From positions 24,534 to 88,533 of the forward strand of contig CAYSFG010000024.1 of NCBI GenBank assembly GCA_964430545.1: DNA of 64,000 nucleotides, given 5' to 3'. Below the pieces are notes generated by a model that saw nothing but the letters and a program-made list of their open reading frames with translations, made no database searches and was not told the origin of the DNA. The stretch comes from Candidatus Woesearchaeota archaeon. Its GTDB lineage: Archaea; Nanobdellota; Nanobdellia; SCGC-AAA011-G17; GW2011-AR18. A program made the position numbers and the translations under genes. Below, piece by piece: positions 1-10,041 of this stretch. How positions within the stretch are numbered: position 1 is the stretch's first letter; every line of letters begins with the position of its first letter.

Positions 1-870
1 TTGTTTATAAATATCTTTTATTTCTAAATCCTTTTCCTGCCCTGGGTATATTCCAACTCCTTCTACTATATCTCCTGTTACAAACAAATATCTAACTTTT
101 TTAGCAACTTCTCTTTGTTGTTCAGTACCATAATCTCCATTCAACCAGCTTAACATTTTATTAAAATCATTTGATATAAAATTCTTTATTCCGAAATGTA
201 TATCACTTATAAATACAGCATAAACTTCATCAGGTGATTTTTTTAATTCATGGTTTATAGGTATGTCTGGAAAAACAATTGAATTTACAAAAACAATCTT
301 ATCTCCCATTACACCTATTATTCCTATAACTTCATCTTTTAAAATATCTTTAGCAGAATCAAATAATTCTCCTTTGTTTTTTAAAACTAAAACATTTATC
401 ATTCCAGTTGGATCTTCTAATTTAAATATAATATTCCCATTTTTTGTTTCAGATTTTTCTAAAACCATACCTATTATACTAATACTCTCACCTTGATTTT
501 TTCTTTCCAATCTACTTATAGAAATACTATCTTGTAAAGATTGTCTATTAACTAAGATATCTCTCAATTTATCATATCTTTTTCTAAAATAATTTAAAAA
601 TGAACTTACTTCTTTTTTTTTTAAATTATCTACATAAGAAAATAAAACATTAACCCTTGCTTCACATTGTTCAATTTTTGGTTTTGCTAATACTATTGTT
701 TTTTTAAGAAAATTATTTGCGGGAATTTCTTGTTTAATTTTTTCTTTCACATTATTAAATTTTTCTAATGCAGTTTTATAATCTATTTCATCTGGTAATT
801 CTTCTAAAAAATCTGGACTTATTAATATTCCATTGTCTAAAAATGTTCTTAATACTTCTGTTTTGGTCAT
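1..870 (-). CDS. polB: DNA polymerase D small subunit DP1 (5' part, runs off the window; absent from ORF track)
   Basis: Manual translation from ATG at 870: MTKTEVLRTFLDNGILISPDF...FISDIHFG...YLFVTGDIVEGVGIYPGQ phosphoesterase motifs; frame stays open through an A10 run; directly downstream of cdc6. Confidence 0.93.
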   Translation of the reverse strand, partial: MTKTEVLRTFLDNGILISPDFLEELPDEIDYKTALEKFNNVKEKIKQEIPANNFLKKTIVLAKPKIEQCEARVNVLFSYVDNLKKKEVSSFLNYFRKRYDKLRDILVNRQSLQDSISISRLERKNQGESISIIGMVLEKSETKNGNIIFKLEDPTGMINVLVLKNKGELFDSAKDILKDEVIGIIGVMGDKIVFVNSIVFPDIPINHELKKSPDEVYAVFISDIHFGIKNFISNDFNKMLSWLNGDYGTEQQREVAKKVRYLFVTGDIVEGVGIYPGQEKDLEIKDIYKQ

Positions 871-882
871 TTTTTAATTTAA

Positions 883-2091
883 TCATAGATTTAAACTTTC
901 TTTTAATACTTGTTTTATAGTTAAAACATTTGTTTGTGGTATAGTTACTTTAATTTCCTTAGTTCTTCCATATCTTCCTTTGGATACTACCTTTGCATTT
1001 ATTATTCCTAACATATCTAATTCTACAATTATATCAGATATTCTTCTTTGAGTTAAATGTTTTAAACTTATTGATTTACAAAATTCTTTATAAACTTCAT
1101 ATACGTCTCCTGTAAATATTGGTTCATCTATTTTTTCTGATATGGTTAATATTGCTAATAATGCAAGTTGTGATTGTTTTGGTTGTGTTTTTGTTACTTC
1201 TAATATTTTATCTTTCTCAATTTTATCTTCAGCTTCATCTATATGTTCTAATTTTATTTCTATTTCTCCTTTTCTTTCTGCTAATTCACCTGCAACCCTT
1301 AATAATTCCAATGCTCTTCTTGCATCTCCATGTTCTCTCGCAGCATAAGCAGCACATTTTTCTATTACCCCTTCTTTTATTGTATTCTCTTTAAATGCAA
1401 TATTTGATCTTTGTCTTAATATATCTTGTATTTGTATTGCATTATATGGTGAAAAAACTAGTTCTTCTTCACTTAACGAACTTTTTACTCTAGGATCTAC
1501 ACCATCCATAAAAGATAAATCATTAGATATTCCAATTAATGATAATTCTACATTTTTTAGTTCTGAATTTATTCTTGTTAGATTATATAAAATTTCATCA
1601 CCTGCTTTTTTTACTAATTGATCAATTTCATCTAATATTAATATTACTAATTTTTTTTCTTCATCTATATGTTTTAAAAATATTTTATAAACTTCATCTG
1701 TTGGAAGACCAGTAGCAGGTATTTCCAAATCAAATTCTTTTGCTAATTGAACTATTAGTCTATATTCAGTATCTGCTACTCTTTTTAATTTACAATTAAT
1801 ATAAGCTATTTTTATAGGTAAATTTTTTTCCTTTGCAATTTTTATTATTTGTGAAGTTACATATTTTGTTACAACTGTTTTTCCTGTTCCAGTTATTCCA
1901 TATAAAAATAAATTTGATGGTTTTTCTAATCTTAACATAGGTGCTAAAATTCCAGCTATATAATTTATTTGTTCTTCCCTATGTATTATACTGCTAGGAG
2001 TATAATTTGATTGTAAAACTTTTTTATTTAAAAATAATGGTTCTTTGTTTAAATATCCTTGAAAAAATTCTGTTAATGAATCACCTTTCAT
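883..2091 (-). CDS. cdc6: Orc1/Cdc6 replication initiator
   Basis: Walker A GITGTGKT, Walker B ILDEID, GDARRAL sensor, C-terminal wHTH; GGGGTGA SD upstream. Confidence 0.97.
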   Translation of the reverse strand: MKGDSLTEFFQGYLNKEPLFLNKKVLQSNYTPSSIIHREEQINYIAGILAPMLRLEKPSNLFLYGITGTGKTVVTKYVTSQIIKIAKEKNLPIKIAYINCKLKRVADTEYRLIVQLAKEFDLEIPATGLPTDEVYKIFLKHIDEEKKLVILILDEIDQLVKKAGDEILYNLTRINSELKNVELSLIGISNDLSFMDGVDPRVKSSLSEEELVFSPYNAIQIQDILRQRSNIAFKENTIKEGVIEKCAAYAAREHGDARRALELLRVAGELAERKGEIEIKLEHIDEAEDKIEKDKILEVTKTQPKQSQLALLAILTISEKIDEPIFTGDVYEVYKEFCKSISLKHLTQRRISDIIVELDMLGIINAKVVSKGRYGRTKEIKVTIPQTNVLTIKQVLKESLNL

Positions 2092-2165
2092 TATATCACC
2101 CCTATATTATTATAAATAAAAATTAATTCATTTATAAGGATTATCATACTTGAAAATACACACTT

Positions 2166-2455
2166 ACACCATCATTTCTAGTGGAATTAAAAAGTAGTAA
2201 ATCTTTCCATTTTTTTGTAATTTATTACAACTTTTTTAATATTTCTTTTTACAAAAACAATATTTATATAACAATTATGATATAATATATATAATATAAT
2301 ATAGAAAAATTTATAAATAAAATATATAAAAAAGCAATTTTTAATAAAAATATAAATAAATACAATTTTAATATAGTTTTAGTCATTAATAAAAAAATTT
2401 CTATTAATATCTTCCATACGAAACTATAGGGGGTAGGTGCAGTGGAAACAATGGT
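2166..2455. promoter_or_regulatory. Probable replication origin oriC: ORB-like boxes around an AT-rich tract
   Basis: TTCCACTAGAAATGATGGTGT (minus, 2166-2186), TTCCATACGAAACTATAGGGGGT (plus, 2412-2434) and TGCAGTGGAAACAATGGT (2438-2455), flanking an almost pure A/T tract (about 2200-2410) upstream of cdc6. Confidence 0.75.
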
Positions 2456-2822
2456 TAAAAGTTTTAATTATTTTTTGTTTCTATTTTAATTAGTTTTATA
2501 AAAATTAGAGATATAGTACTTGATTTTAGAGGTTTAAAAGATTTATTGTTTGTTCTATTTTTAATGATTACTATTATTATCTAACATAAATTTACAGAAA
2601 ACTATTTTATTAATGATAAAGTGTTTTTTTTTAATAACAAAAGTGTCAAGGAATTTTAATCAGAAAATAAAATTGAAAAATTAAAAAGCAAAATAGGGTT
2701 ATTTTGTAAGAAAAAGTAAGCGTTTATTTCATTTGATTTTTACAGTTCATAAAAAAGTTAATTATAAAACTATTGTACTAAAACAATAATCTTTATAAAT
2801 AACTTATACTCTATTTATAATA

Positions 2823-3083
2823 ATGGATGAAGAAAAAAGATACTCAAAACAAATTGTAGGTAAAAAAGTTGTTTCAAAAACAGGTAAAGTTTTTGGTGAA
2901 GTTAGTAATATGATATTTGAAGTTCGTACAGGCGAAGTCTTACAACTTGTTCTAAGAAATACAACAGGTTATTGTGAAGGTTTAGATTTGGAAAGGACAA
3001 AACAAAATGAAGTTTTATTACCTTATACTGCTGTAGTTGCTTTGGGTGATTTTATTGTTGTAGCAGAAGAAGAAATAATTTAA
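2823..3083 (+). CDS. PRC-barrel domain protein
   Basis: IVGKKVVSKTGKVFGEVSNMIFE...VVALGDFIVV PRC-barrel pattern. Confidence 0.85.
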   Translation: MDEEKRYSKQIVGKKVVSKTGKVFGEVSNMIFEVRTGEVLQLVLRNTTGYCEGLDLERTKQNEVLLPYTAVVALGDFIVVAEEEII

Positions 3084-3194
3084 TTATGAAATTAACTAAA
3101 AGAATTTTTAACATTTCTTATGTAATAATTAAAGAACCAAAACATTCTAAGTTATATTCATAACCTTTTTATACTTTCTTTTATTCTTTATGAT

Positions 3195-5090
3195 ATGGTT
3201 GTTAAAAAATCTAATGAAGTTAAAGAATTAAATTTTAATAATACTTCAGAGATAAAAATTCCCAAAAATCTTTCAGAACAAATATTAGGTCAGGATCATG
3301 CAATAAATATTATTAAGAAAGCTTCTCAACAGCGACGTAATGTGTTATTAATAGGTGAACCTGGTACTGGAAAAAGTTTAATTGCTCAAGCTTTAGCAGA
3401 ATTATTACCCCCAACAAAATTAGTTGATATTTTATGTTTACCCAACGATCAAGATGAAAATAGTCCATTAATTAGGGTAATGCCTAAAGGTAAAGGTAAG
3501 GATCTTGTTACAAAACTTAAAATTCAAAATAATTCTATTTATAAAAACCAAAACATTATTTTTTTTATAGTTTTAATATTAACATTAATAACACCATGGT
3601 GGATTAGGAAACAATATGGTGATATTTTAGCAGCAGCTTCATTAATCGGTTCTATGATTTTTTTAGCTATCTTTGTAATTTTTATTAACTTAAATAGAAG
3701 AGTAAGTGTTAATAAAATAAAAATTCCTAAATTATTAGTAGATAATTCAGAACAAAAACTATCTCCATTTATTGATGCAACTGGTGCGCATACAGGTTCA
3801 CTGCTTGGTGATGTACTTCACGATCCACTCCAATCAGGAGGTCTAGGCACTCCAGCACATGAGCGTATAGTTTCAGGAATGTTGCACAAAGCTAATGGTG
3901 GTGTTTTATTTATAGACGAAGTTAGTTTATTAGATTACCATTCTCAACAAGAATTATTATCTGCCTTACAAGAAAAAAAATATAAAATTACAGGACAGTC
4001 AGAACGTTCTTCTGGTGCTATGGTTGCTACTGAACCAGTTCCTTGTGATTTTATTTTAGTTGCTGCTGGTAATCTTGAATCAATTGAAAAAATGCATCCA
4101 GCATTAAGATCTCGTGTTCGTGGTTATGGTTATGAAGTTTATATGAACGAAACTATGGATGATAATATTGAAAATAGAAATAAGCTAGCTCAATTTGTGG
4201 CACAAGAAGTTAATAAAGATAAAAAAATTCCTCATTTTACAAAAACTGCTGTTGATGAAATAATTAAAGAATCTCGTCGTATGGCTGGAATTGCAGGTAA
4301 GTTAACAGTAAGATTACGTGAGCTTGGTGGGCTTATTAGGGCTGCAGGCGATCTTGCTAGAGAAGATAATATTAAGATTGTTACTGAAGTTTATGTTAAA
4401 AAGGCTAAGTTATATGCTAGACCTCTTGAACAACAAATTGCTGATAAATATATTGAAAATAAGAAAAAGTATGAAGTTATTTTAACAGAAGGCAATAAAA
4501 TTGGTCGTGTAAATGGGTTAGCAGTTATTGGTTCAGGCGCCGCATTATCTGGACTTGTTCTTCCTATTGAATCTGAAGTTGTTCCGGGTGGCAACAAGGT
4601 AGAATTTGTAGCTACAGGAAAATTAGGAGAAATTGCTAAAGAGGCTGTTAAAAATGTTTCTGCTATAATTTTATCTATTTTTAAAGAGGACATAAAAAAG
4701 AAATATGATATTTATATACAATTCTTACAAACTTCTTCAAGTGGTGTTGAAGGAGATTCTGCATCTATTGCCGTTGCTACAGCAATTGTTTCTGCATTAA
4801 AAAAGGTTCCTATAAGACAAGATACTGCGATGACTGGTTCATTGTCTATTAGAGGAGATGTTCTTCCTATTGGGGGTATAACTGCTAAAGTAGAAGCAGC
4901 AATTTCAACAGGATTAAAACAAGTAATTATTCCTAGGTCTAACAAAGATGATTTAGTATTATCATCTGAACAACAAAAAAAAATTAAGATTATACCCGTA
5001 TCAAATATTATAGAGGTATTAGAACAGGCTATGTTGTGGGATGGTAAAGATGAGATATTAAAGAAAATTAAAAATTATAACCAAGAATAA
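3195..5090 (+). CDS. lonB: Archaeal membrane-anchored Lon protease LonB
   Basis: GEPGTGKS Walker A, two TM segments inserted in the ATPase domain, GDSAS catalytic Ser, PIGGITAK catalytic Lys. Confidence 0.96.
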   Translation: MVVKKSNEVKELNFNNTSEIKIPKNLSEQILGQDHAINIIKKASQQRRNVLLIGEPGTGKSLIAQALAELLPPTKLVDILCLPNDQDENSPLIRVMPKGKGKDLVTKLKIQNNSIYKNQNIIFFIVLILTLITPWWIRKQYGDILAAASLIGSMIFLAIFVIFINLNRRVSVNKIKIPKLLVDNSEQKLSPFIDATGAHTGSLLGDVLHDPLQSGGLGTPAHERIVSGMLHKANGGVLFIDEVSLLDYHSQQELLSALQEKKYKITGQSERSSGAMVATEPVPCDFILVAAGNLESIEKMHPALRSRVRGYGYEVYMNETMDDNIENRNKLAQFVAQEVNKDKKIPHFTKTAVDEIIKESRRMAGIAGKLTVRLRELGGLIRAAGDLAREDNIKIVTEVYVKKAKLYARPLEQQIADKYIENKKKYEVILTEGNKIGRVNGLAVIGSGAALSGLVLPIESEVVPGGNKVEFVATGKLGEIAKEAVKNVSAIILSIFKEDIKKKYDIYIQFLQTSSSGVEGDSASIAVATAIVSALKKVPIRQDTAMTGSLSIRGDVLPIGGITAKVEAAISTGLKQVIIPRSNKDDLVLSSEQQKKIKIIPVSNIIEVLEQAMLWDGKDEILKKIKNYNQE

Positions 5091-5120
5091 TATAAACTTT
5101 AAAACAATTTTATATTCCTA

Positions 5121-5413
5121 ATGAAAAATAAAATTCTAGAACAAAAAAACAATTAATCACAGAAAAAAAAGAGGAGGACAAAATATTAGTTTATTATAAA
5201 ACAACATATCAAAATAGAAAATTAAAATCTGATAATTTCCAGCCAAAGAAAGTACTAGTACCAAAAATAATAAATCTCTCTAAAGAAATAGTCAAAATGA
5301 TAGGGTTATATCAGGGTGATGGGCAAAAATCAACAAAATCAAAAACTTATCAAGCAACAAGATTTACAAATTCAGAACCAGAATTAATAAGAAGGTTTTT
5401 AAGATTTTCATGA
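5121..5413 (+). pseudogene. Truncated, frameshifted LAGLIDADG-type endonuclease remnant
   Basis: Open frame 5132-5413 reads ...EIVKMIGLYQGDGQKSTK...RFTNSEPELIRRFLRFS*; ATG at 5121 joins it only through a -1 shift at A AAA AAC. Confidence 0.6.
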
Positions 5414-5471
5414 TATATATACATATTTTAGGAAATATTTTAAATTATATATTTTTATCAATTCTAGAACT

Positions 5472-5660
5472 TTAAAATTTTTCTAAAATTCCTAATCTCA
5501 ATTGTAATATAAAAACACTAAGTAAAGCATAAACTGCGATAATATAATTAATATTTTGTTTTAAAACTACAGTCATAATAAGGATTGGAAAAACGATAGA
5601 AAAAATAATTGATAAATATATCAACTGTTTTAGTCCTATTTTTATTTTTTCATTATCCAT
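5472..5660 (-). CDS. Small two-TM membrane protein
   Basis: ORF track; two hydrophobic segments. Confidence 0.55.
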   Translation of the reverse strand: MDNEKIKIGLKQLIYLSIIFSIVFPILIMTVVLKQNINYIIAVYALLSVFILQLRLGILEKF

Positions 5661-5720
5661 AAATTTATTAATAAGAACCAGTATATATCTTTAGAAGTAT
5701 ATTTTAAACAACACACTTTA

Positions 5721-6305
5721 TCATTCTATTTTTTCTTTTATATCCAACAATTTTTGTACTATTACATAAAATCTTTCAGCATTTATTTGTAATCCCAATT
5801 GTTTCATTTTTTTCATTAATTCCATTCCTTCTTCCCTTCCATTTATTTTTTGAAACTTAAACAATTCTTCTAGATATAAACTACAAATATATCCTCTTTT
5901 TTCATTTATTTTTGCTATAGCCTCATTTCCTTTAGAATGAACCATCAGTCTATTTAAATCAATTATTAAATCCCCACTAAGATAAACATTATCATTTTTC
6001 TTAAAATTAGAGTTTAATAATTCATATTCTATAAATTTTTTATAAATATCCTGAACAGCATTAGTTTCAACAAATTCTTCAAAATTTTCTCCCAAAAATT
6101 CTTCAAATGTATTAGTATATTCAGGTTTATAACGATAAACTCTTCCAACTTGTTTTATATATTTATGTTCTGGCCATTTGTTCATTCCTTTTCGTTTAGC
6201 TCTTTTTCTCCATTTAGAATTAACTAAGTATCCATATTCATACTCTTTTCCACTCTTTTTTTTTACTTTTCTCAACCTTAAAAACATGCTTTTAAAGTTG
6301 TACAC
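5721..6305 (-). CDS. Hypothetical basic protein with IS1634-like N-terminal beta motif
   Basis: MFLRLRKVKKKSGKEYEYGYLVNSKWR...YIKQVGRV; no DDE core visible; start may be ATG 6287. Confidence 0.65.
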   Translation of the reverse strand: MYNFKSMFLRLRKVKKKSGKEYEYGYLVNSKWRKRAKRKGMNKWPEHKYIKQVGRVYRYKPEYTNTFEEFLGENFEEFVETNAVQDIYKKFIEYELLNSNFKKNDNVYLSGDLIIDLNRLMVHSKGNEAIAKINEKRGYICSLYLEELFKFQKINGREEGMELMKKMKQLGLQINAERFYVIVQKLLDIKEKIE

Positions 6306-6557
6306 TATATAATATAAAAATCTGTCGTGTTCATTATATTGTAATTACACATTATAATAAAGAAATAACCTCTGGCACATTATTATTAAGGAAGGTACGA
6401 AAACAAAGTTTCTGTCAACACCCTATTATTTTTTTAAGTCTTTTTTGTATTATAAAATCTCATTATAATTAGTTTTCCGTTTTTTGTATTATAAAACCAT
6501 TTTTAATGTAAATTCATTTTTTCAATAAACTTTATTACTAACCTATATTCTATATCA

Positions 6558-8201
6558 TTGATGAACTTCAAACAAAATTTAACAGATATTATATCAAAAC
6601 AACTTAATCAATCAATCACGTTAGAAATCCCACCAGCAATAGAATTGGGCAATCTTGCTTTACATTGTTATAAATTGAAAATTCCTCCAGATCAAATGCA
6701 AAAGAAATTAATTTTACCAAAATATATAGAAAAAACAGAAATTAAAGGACCTTATTTAAATTTTTTTATAAATAAATCTTATTTTACAAAATCAGTAATA
6801 GAATCTATTCTAAAATTAAAAGATAAGTACGGCTCAAACAATTTAGGTAAAAATAAAAAAGCCTTAGTTGAGCATACATCTATTAATCCTAATGCTTCTC
6901 CTCATGTAGGTCGTGCTAGAAACGCAATTATTGGTGATTTTATAGTAAGATTATTGAAATTTGAAAATTATAAAGTAGAAACCCATTATTATGTTAATGA
7001 TATAGGTAAACAGATAGCAATGTTGGTCTTAGCCTGTAATAAAAAAAAGCCATCTTTCAATTCATTGCTTCAATTATATATAGATTTTAATAAAAAATTA
7101 GAAAATAATCAAGAATTAGAAAAAGAAGTTTTTAATTTACTAAATAAATTAGAATCAGGTAATAAAAATATTATAAAACAGTTTCACGATGTAGTTAACA
7201 TTTGTATTAAGGGGCAATCTAAAATTTTATCTGATCTAGATATTAAATATAATTTTTTTGATTTTGAGTCTAAGTTTTTATTTGATGGTTCAACAAATAG
7301 AATTTTAAAACAATTAGAAAATAAAGGAAGGTTATTCAAAGATAAAGATGGAAGAACAGCAATTAATTTAGAAGGGTTTAATTTACCTATGGAAAATCCT
7401 TATTTACCATTAACAAGGGCAGACGGTACAAGTTTATATTTAATTAGAGATATTGCATATACTATTTTTAAAGATAATAAGGCTAAAGATAAGAATATTG
7501 TCGTGCTTGGTGAAGATCAAAAGTTATACTACTTACAATTAAAAGCTATCCTTTCATTATTAAATTATAAAGCTCCAGAAGTCGTTCATTATTCTTTTAT
7601 TTTATTATCTTCAGGCAAAATGTCTACAAGAAGAGGTGAAGTCGTTTTATTAGAAGATTTTATGAAAGAGGCTTTTTTCAAAGCCCAAGAAGAGATTATT
7701 AAAAGACACGGAAAAATTAAAAATATTAATAGATTATCCAAACAAATTGCTTATGGTGCCGTTAAGTTCGCTATACTTAAGGTTTCTCCAGACAGGAATA
7801 TAATTTTTGATTTGGAAAAAGCGTTAAGTTTCGAAGGTGATTCAGCACCATATATTCAATATGCCTATGCTAGAGCAAATTCTATATTAAAAAAAGTAAA
7901 ATCTAAAAAATTAAAGTTAGATTTTAATTTACTTAATTCAAAAGAAGAACTTTTATTATTGTCAAAACTAGCAGAATTCCCAGAGATAATAAACACATCT
8001 ATAAAAAATTTACAACCCCATATACTTACTTTTTATTGTTTAGATATTGCTAAATTATTTAATGAGTTTTATCATTCTTGTTCAGTATTATCTTCTAAAA
8101 ATAGTATTAAACAAATAAGATTAAAACTAGTTGAATCAACTCAAATAATATTAAAAACTTCTTTAAATTTATTAGGAATTGATGCTCCAGAGAATATGTA
8201 A
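6558..8201 (+). CDS. argS: Arginyl-tRNA synthetase
   Basis: EHTSINPNASPHVGRARN (HIGH-like), KMSTRRG, YIQYAYARANSIL, DALR anticodon domain. Confidence 0.96.
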   Translation: MMNFKQNLTDIISKQLNQSITLEIPPAIELGNLALHCYKLKIPPDQMQKKLILPKYIEKTEIKGPYLNFFINKSYFTKSVIESILKLKDKYGSNNLGKNKKALVEHTSINPNASPHVGRARNAIIGDFIVRLLKFENYKVETHYYVNDIGKQIAMLVLACNKKKPSFNSLLQLYIDFNKKLENNQELEKEVFNLLNKLESGNKNIIKQFHDVVNICIKGQSKILSDLDIKYNFFDFESKFLFDGSTNRILKQLENKGRLFKDKDGRTAINLEGFNLPMENPYLPLTRADGTSLYLIRDIAYTIFKDNKAKDKNIVVLGEDQKLYYLQLKAILSLLNYKAPEVVHYSFILLSSGKMSTRRGEVVLLEDFMKEAFFKAQEEIIKRHGKIKNINRLSKQIAYGAVKFAILKVSPDRNIIFDLEKALSFEGDSAPYIQYAYARANSILKKVKSKKLKLDFNLLNSKEELLLLSKLAEFPEIINTSIKNLQPHILTFYCLDIAKLFNEFYHSCSVLSSKNSIKQIRLKLVESTQIILKTSLNLLGIDAPENM

Positions 8202-8246
8202 TTTAAATACAATAAACTTTATATACTTTAGATTTTGCTAAAGTTT

Positions 8247-8657
8247 ATGCCAGTAATAGGATTTAATTTCACAAAATTACATATAGCCAAGAAGGAAGAG
8301 TTTAGACCGGGATTTGAATTTTCTAGTAATGTAACAATTACAAAAGTAGAAGAAAAAGAATATAATCTTTCTAAAGATGAAACTTTAGCTCTATTTGAAT
8401 TTGAGTTTAATATAGGGTATGATAAAGCTGGTTCTATAAATATAGATGGCAAAGTGACTTATTTAGGATCAAAAAAAGAAGTTAAAGAAGTAGTTGAAGG
8501 TTGGAAAAAAGATAAGACCATGGATTCAATTATCTTAAAGATTGTTCTTAACACAATTTTGTATAAATCTAATGTGAGGGCTCTTGAGATGTCCGAGCTT
8601 GTAGGCCTTCCAGCACCATTTAATCTACCATTTATTAGAGATGAAGAAAAGAAATAA
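8247..8657 (+). CDS. Conserved archaeal SecB-like fold protein
   Basis: MPVIGFNFTKLHIAK...INIDGKVTY...GLPAPFNLP pattern; ATG 8247 preferred over TTG 8235. Confidence 0.6.
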   Translation: MPVIGFNFTKLHIAKKEEFRPGFEFSSNVTITKVEEKEYNLSKDETLALFEFEFNIGYDKAGSINIDGKVTYLGSKKEVKEVVEGWKKDKTMDSIILKIVLNTILYKSNVRALEMSELVGLPAPFNLPFIRDEEKK

Positions 8658-8729
8658 TTAAACTTCTATTTTTAAATAGGTATTCTACAATCCAATAATA
8701 CTTTTTAAGTTAATTAAACAAATAAAGTC

Positions 8730-9503
8730 ATGACAAATCAAAAATTAATAAAAGAAGCATTTCTAAGGGTAAAAAAAGATATCTTAATATTAGAAAAAGA
8801 GAATTTAACACTTAAAAACCAAATTTCTAGCCAAAATGAATCCTTTTTTAAGATTAAGGGGGTTTTAAGTGAGATTTTAAATGCCCTAAAAGAGTTAAAA
8901 GAAGCTAAAAAGGAAGTTTCCAGTGGAAATGATGGGGTTAATCAATCAATCAATCATTTAATCAATCAATCAATCAATCAATCAAACACTAATCAATCAT
9001 TTAATCAATCAAATGAACCCTTAGGTGAGTTAGAATCACCTATAACCCCAATTAAACATGATTTTAAGCTTGATAATCAAAAAATATTTAATACAGTTTC
9101 TAATCAATCAATCAATCAATCAATCACTAATCAATCATTTAATCAATCAATCAATCACTCAGATCCTAATTTTCAAGCTCTAAGAACAAATTTAGAAGGA
9201 GTTTTTAGACTTTTATCTAAACAAGAACTAAAACTTTTTCTTACAATATACCAATTAGAAGATGAGGGAAAAGAACCATTTTATACTGCAATATCCTCGA
9301 AGATGGGGCTTTCTGAGCATTGTATTAGGAGTCATTTGTTCTCACTTTTCAAAAAAAATGCCCCATTATATAAAAAGCGCCTTAACAATAAAAGGAATAT
9401 TATCCACATAAAACCAGATTTTAAGGCTTTAAACTTAAAACAAAAACTTATTGGAATTTATTATGATTCAGATCCACATCAAACCACACTTTTTGACATT
9501 TAA
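8730..9503 (+). CDS. Coiled-coil / NQSI-repeat / C-terminal winged-HTH protein containing an internal ORB box
   Basis: N-terminal heptads, two NQSI tracts, LSKQELKLFLTIYQL...YTAISSKMGLSEHCIRSHLFSL HTH. Confidence 0.8.
   Translation: MTNQKLIKEAFLRVKKDILILEKENLTLKNQISSQNESFFKIKGVLSEILNALKELKEAKKEVSSGNDGVNQSINHLINQSINQSNTNQSFNQSNEPLGELESPITPIKHDFKLDNQKIFNTVSNQSINQSITNQSFNQSINHSDPNFQALRTNLEGVFRLLSKQELKLFLTIYQLEDEGKEPFYTAISSKMGLSEHCIRSHLFSLFKKNAPLYKKRLNNKRNIIHIKPDFKALNLKQKLIGIYYDSDPHQTTLFDI
8918..8938 (+). promoter_or_regulatory. ORB-like box inside a coding sequence
   Basis: TTCCAGTGGAAATGATGGGGT; 18/21 identical to the cdc6-proximal box and close to the archaeal ORB consensus. Confidence 0.7.
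8940..9014 (+). repeat. AATC tetranucleotide array 1
   Basis: (AATC)4 ATTT (AATC)6 AAAC ACT (AATC)2 ATTT (AATC)2 AAAT. Confidence 0.95.
9102..9156 (+). repeat. AATC tetranucleotide array 2
   Basis: (AATC)6 ACT (AATC)2 ATTT (AATC)4. Confidence 0.95.
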
Positions 9504-9835
9504 AAACCTTATTTTATCTTCATTTTTTCAATTTTAATCGTTGTAAACAAATTTTTTAGTATAATTTCAATAATTTCCTTTTAATCAATAAATTTTATTC
9601 TCACTTATGAGATTTTTCAATTTTTTTTTAACTTCTTTATAATTATTTTCTATAATTTTATTGTTTTTTGTGCTATATTAAAATTTAAATATCACTTTTT
9701 TATATCTCACTTTTATAAAATTAATATATCTTTAGTATTATTTTTTTAAATTTTATACTTTTTTCAACAAATACCAAATTTTTACGTTTTTTTATTAAAA
9801 CATTCAATTTTTTTTGTCTAAATTAAATAAAAACC

Positions 9836-9993
9836 GTTCACCTACTGTTCACCGAACCGTTCGGTGACGTCACCTACGTTTACCGAACCGTCCGATAACT
9901 ATCAATAAAATAGGTTATAACATGGTATAAACATAAATTATTTTTCCAATAAAAAAGGATTGTTCGGTAAGTTCACCGAACGGTTCGGTGAAC
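9836..9993. repeat. Phased palindromic GTTCACCGAAC-type array (candidate protein-binding sites)
   Basis: Six half-sites at 9836-9899 forming two roughly 32-bp units, plus three at 9961-9993 including perfect GTTCACCGAAC-G-GTTCGGTGAAC. Confidence 0.9.
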
Positions 9994-10041
9994 AATAAAA
10001 ATTAGTAAACTATAAGAATAAGTATTAATACAAAATAATTA

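Noticed and set aside
9836-9993. CRISPR-like appearance of the palindromic repeats
   Set aside because: Units are contiguous with no unique spacers, and no cas genes are present
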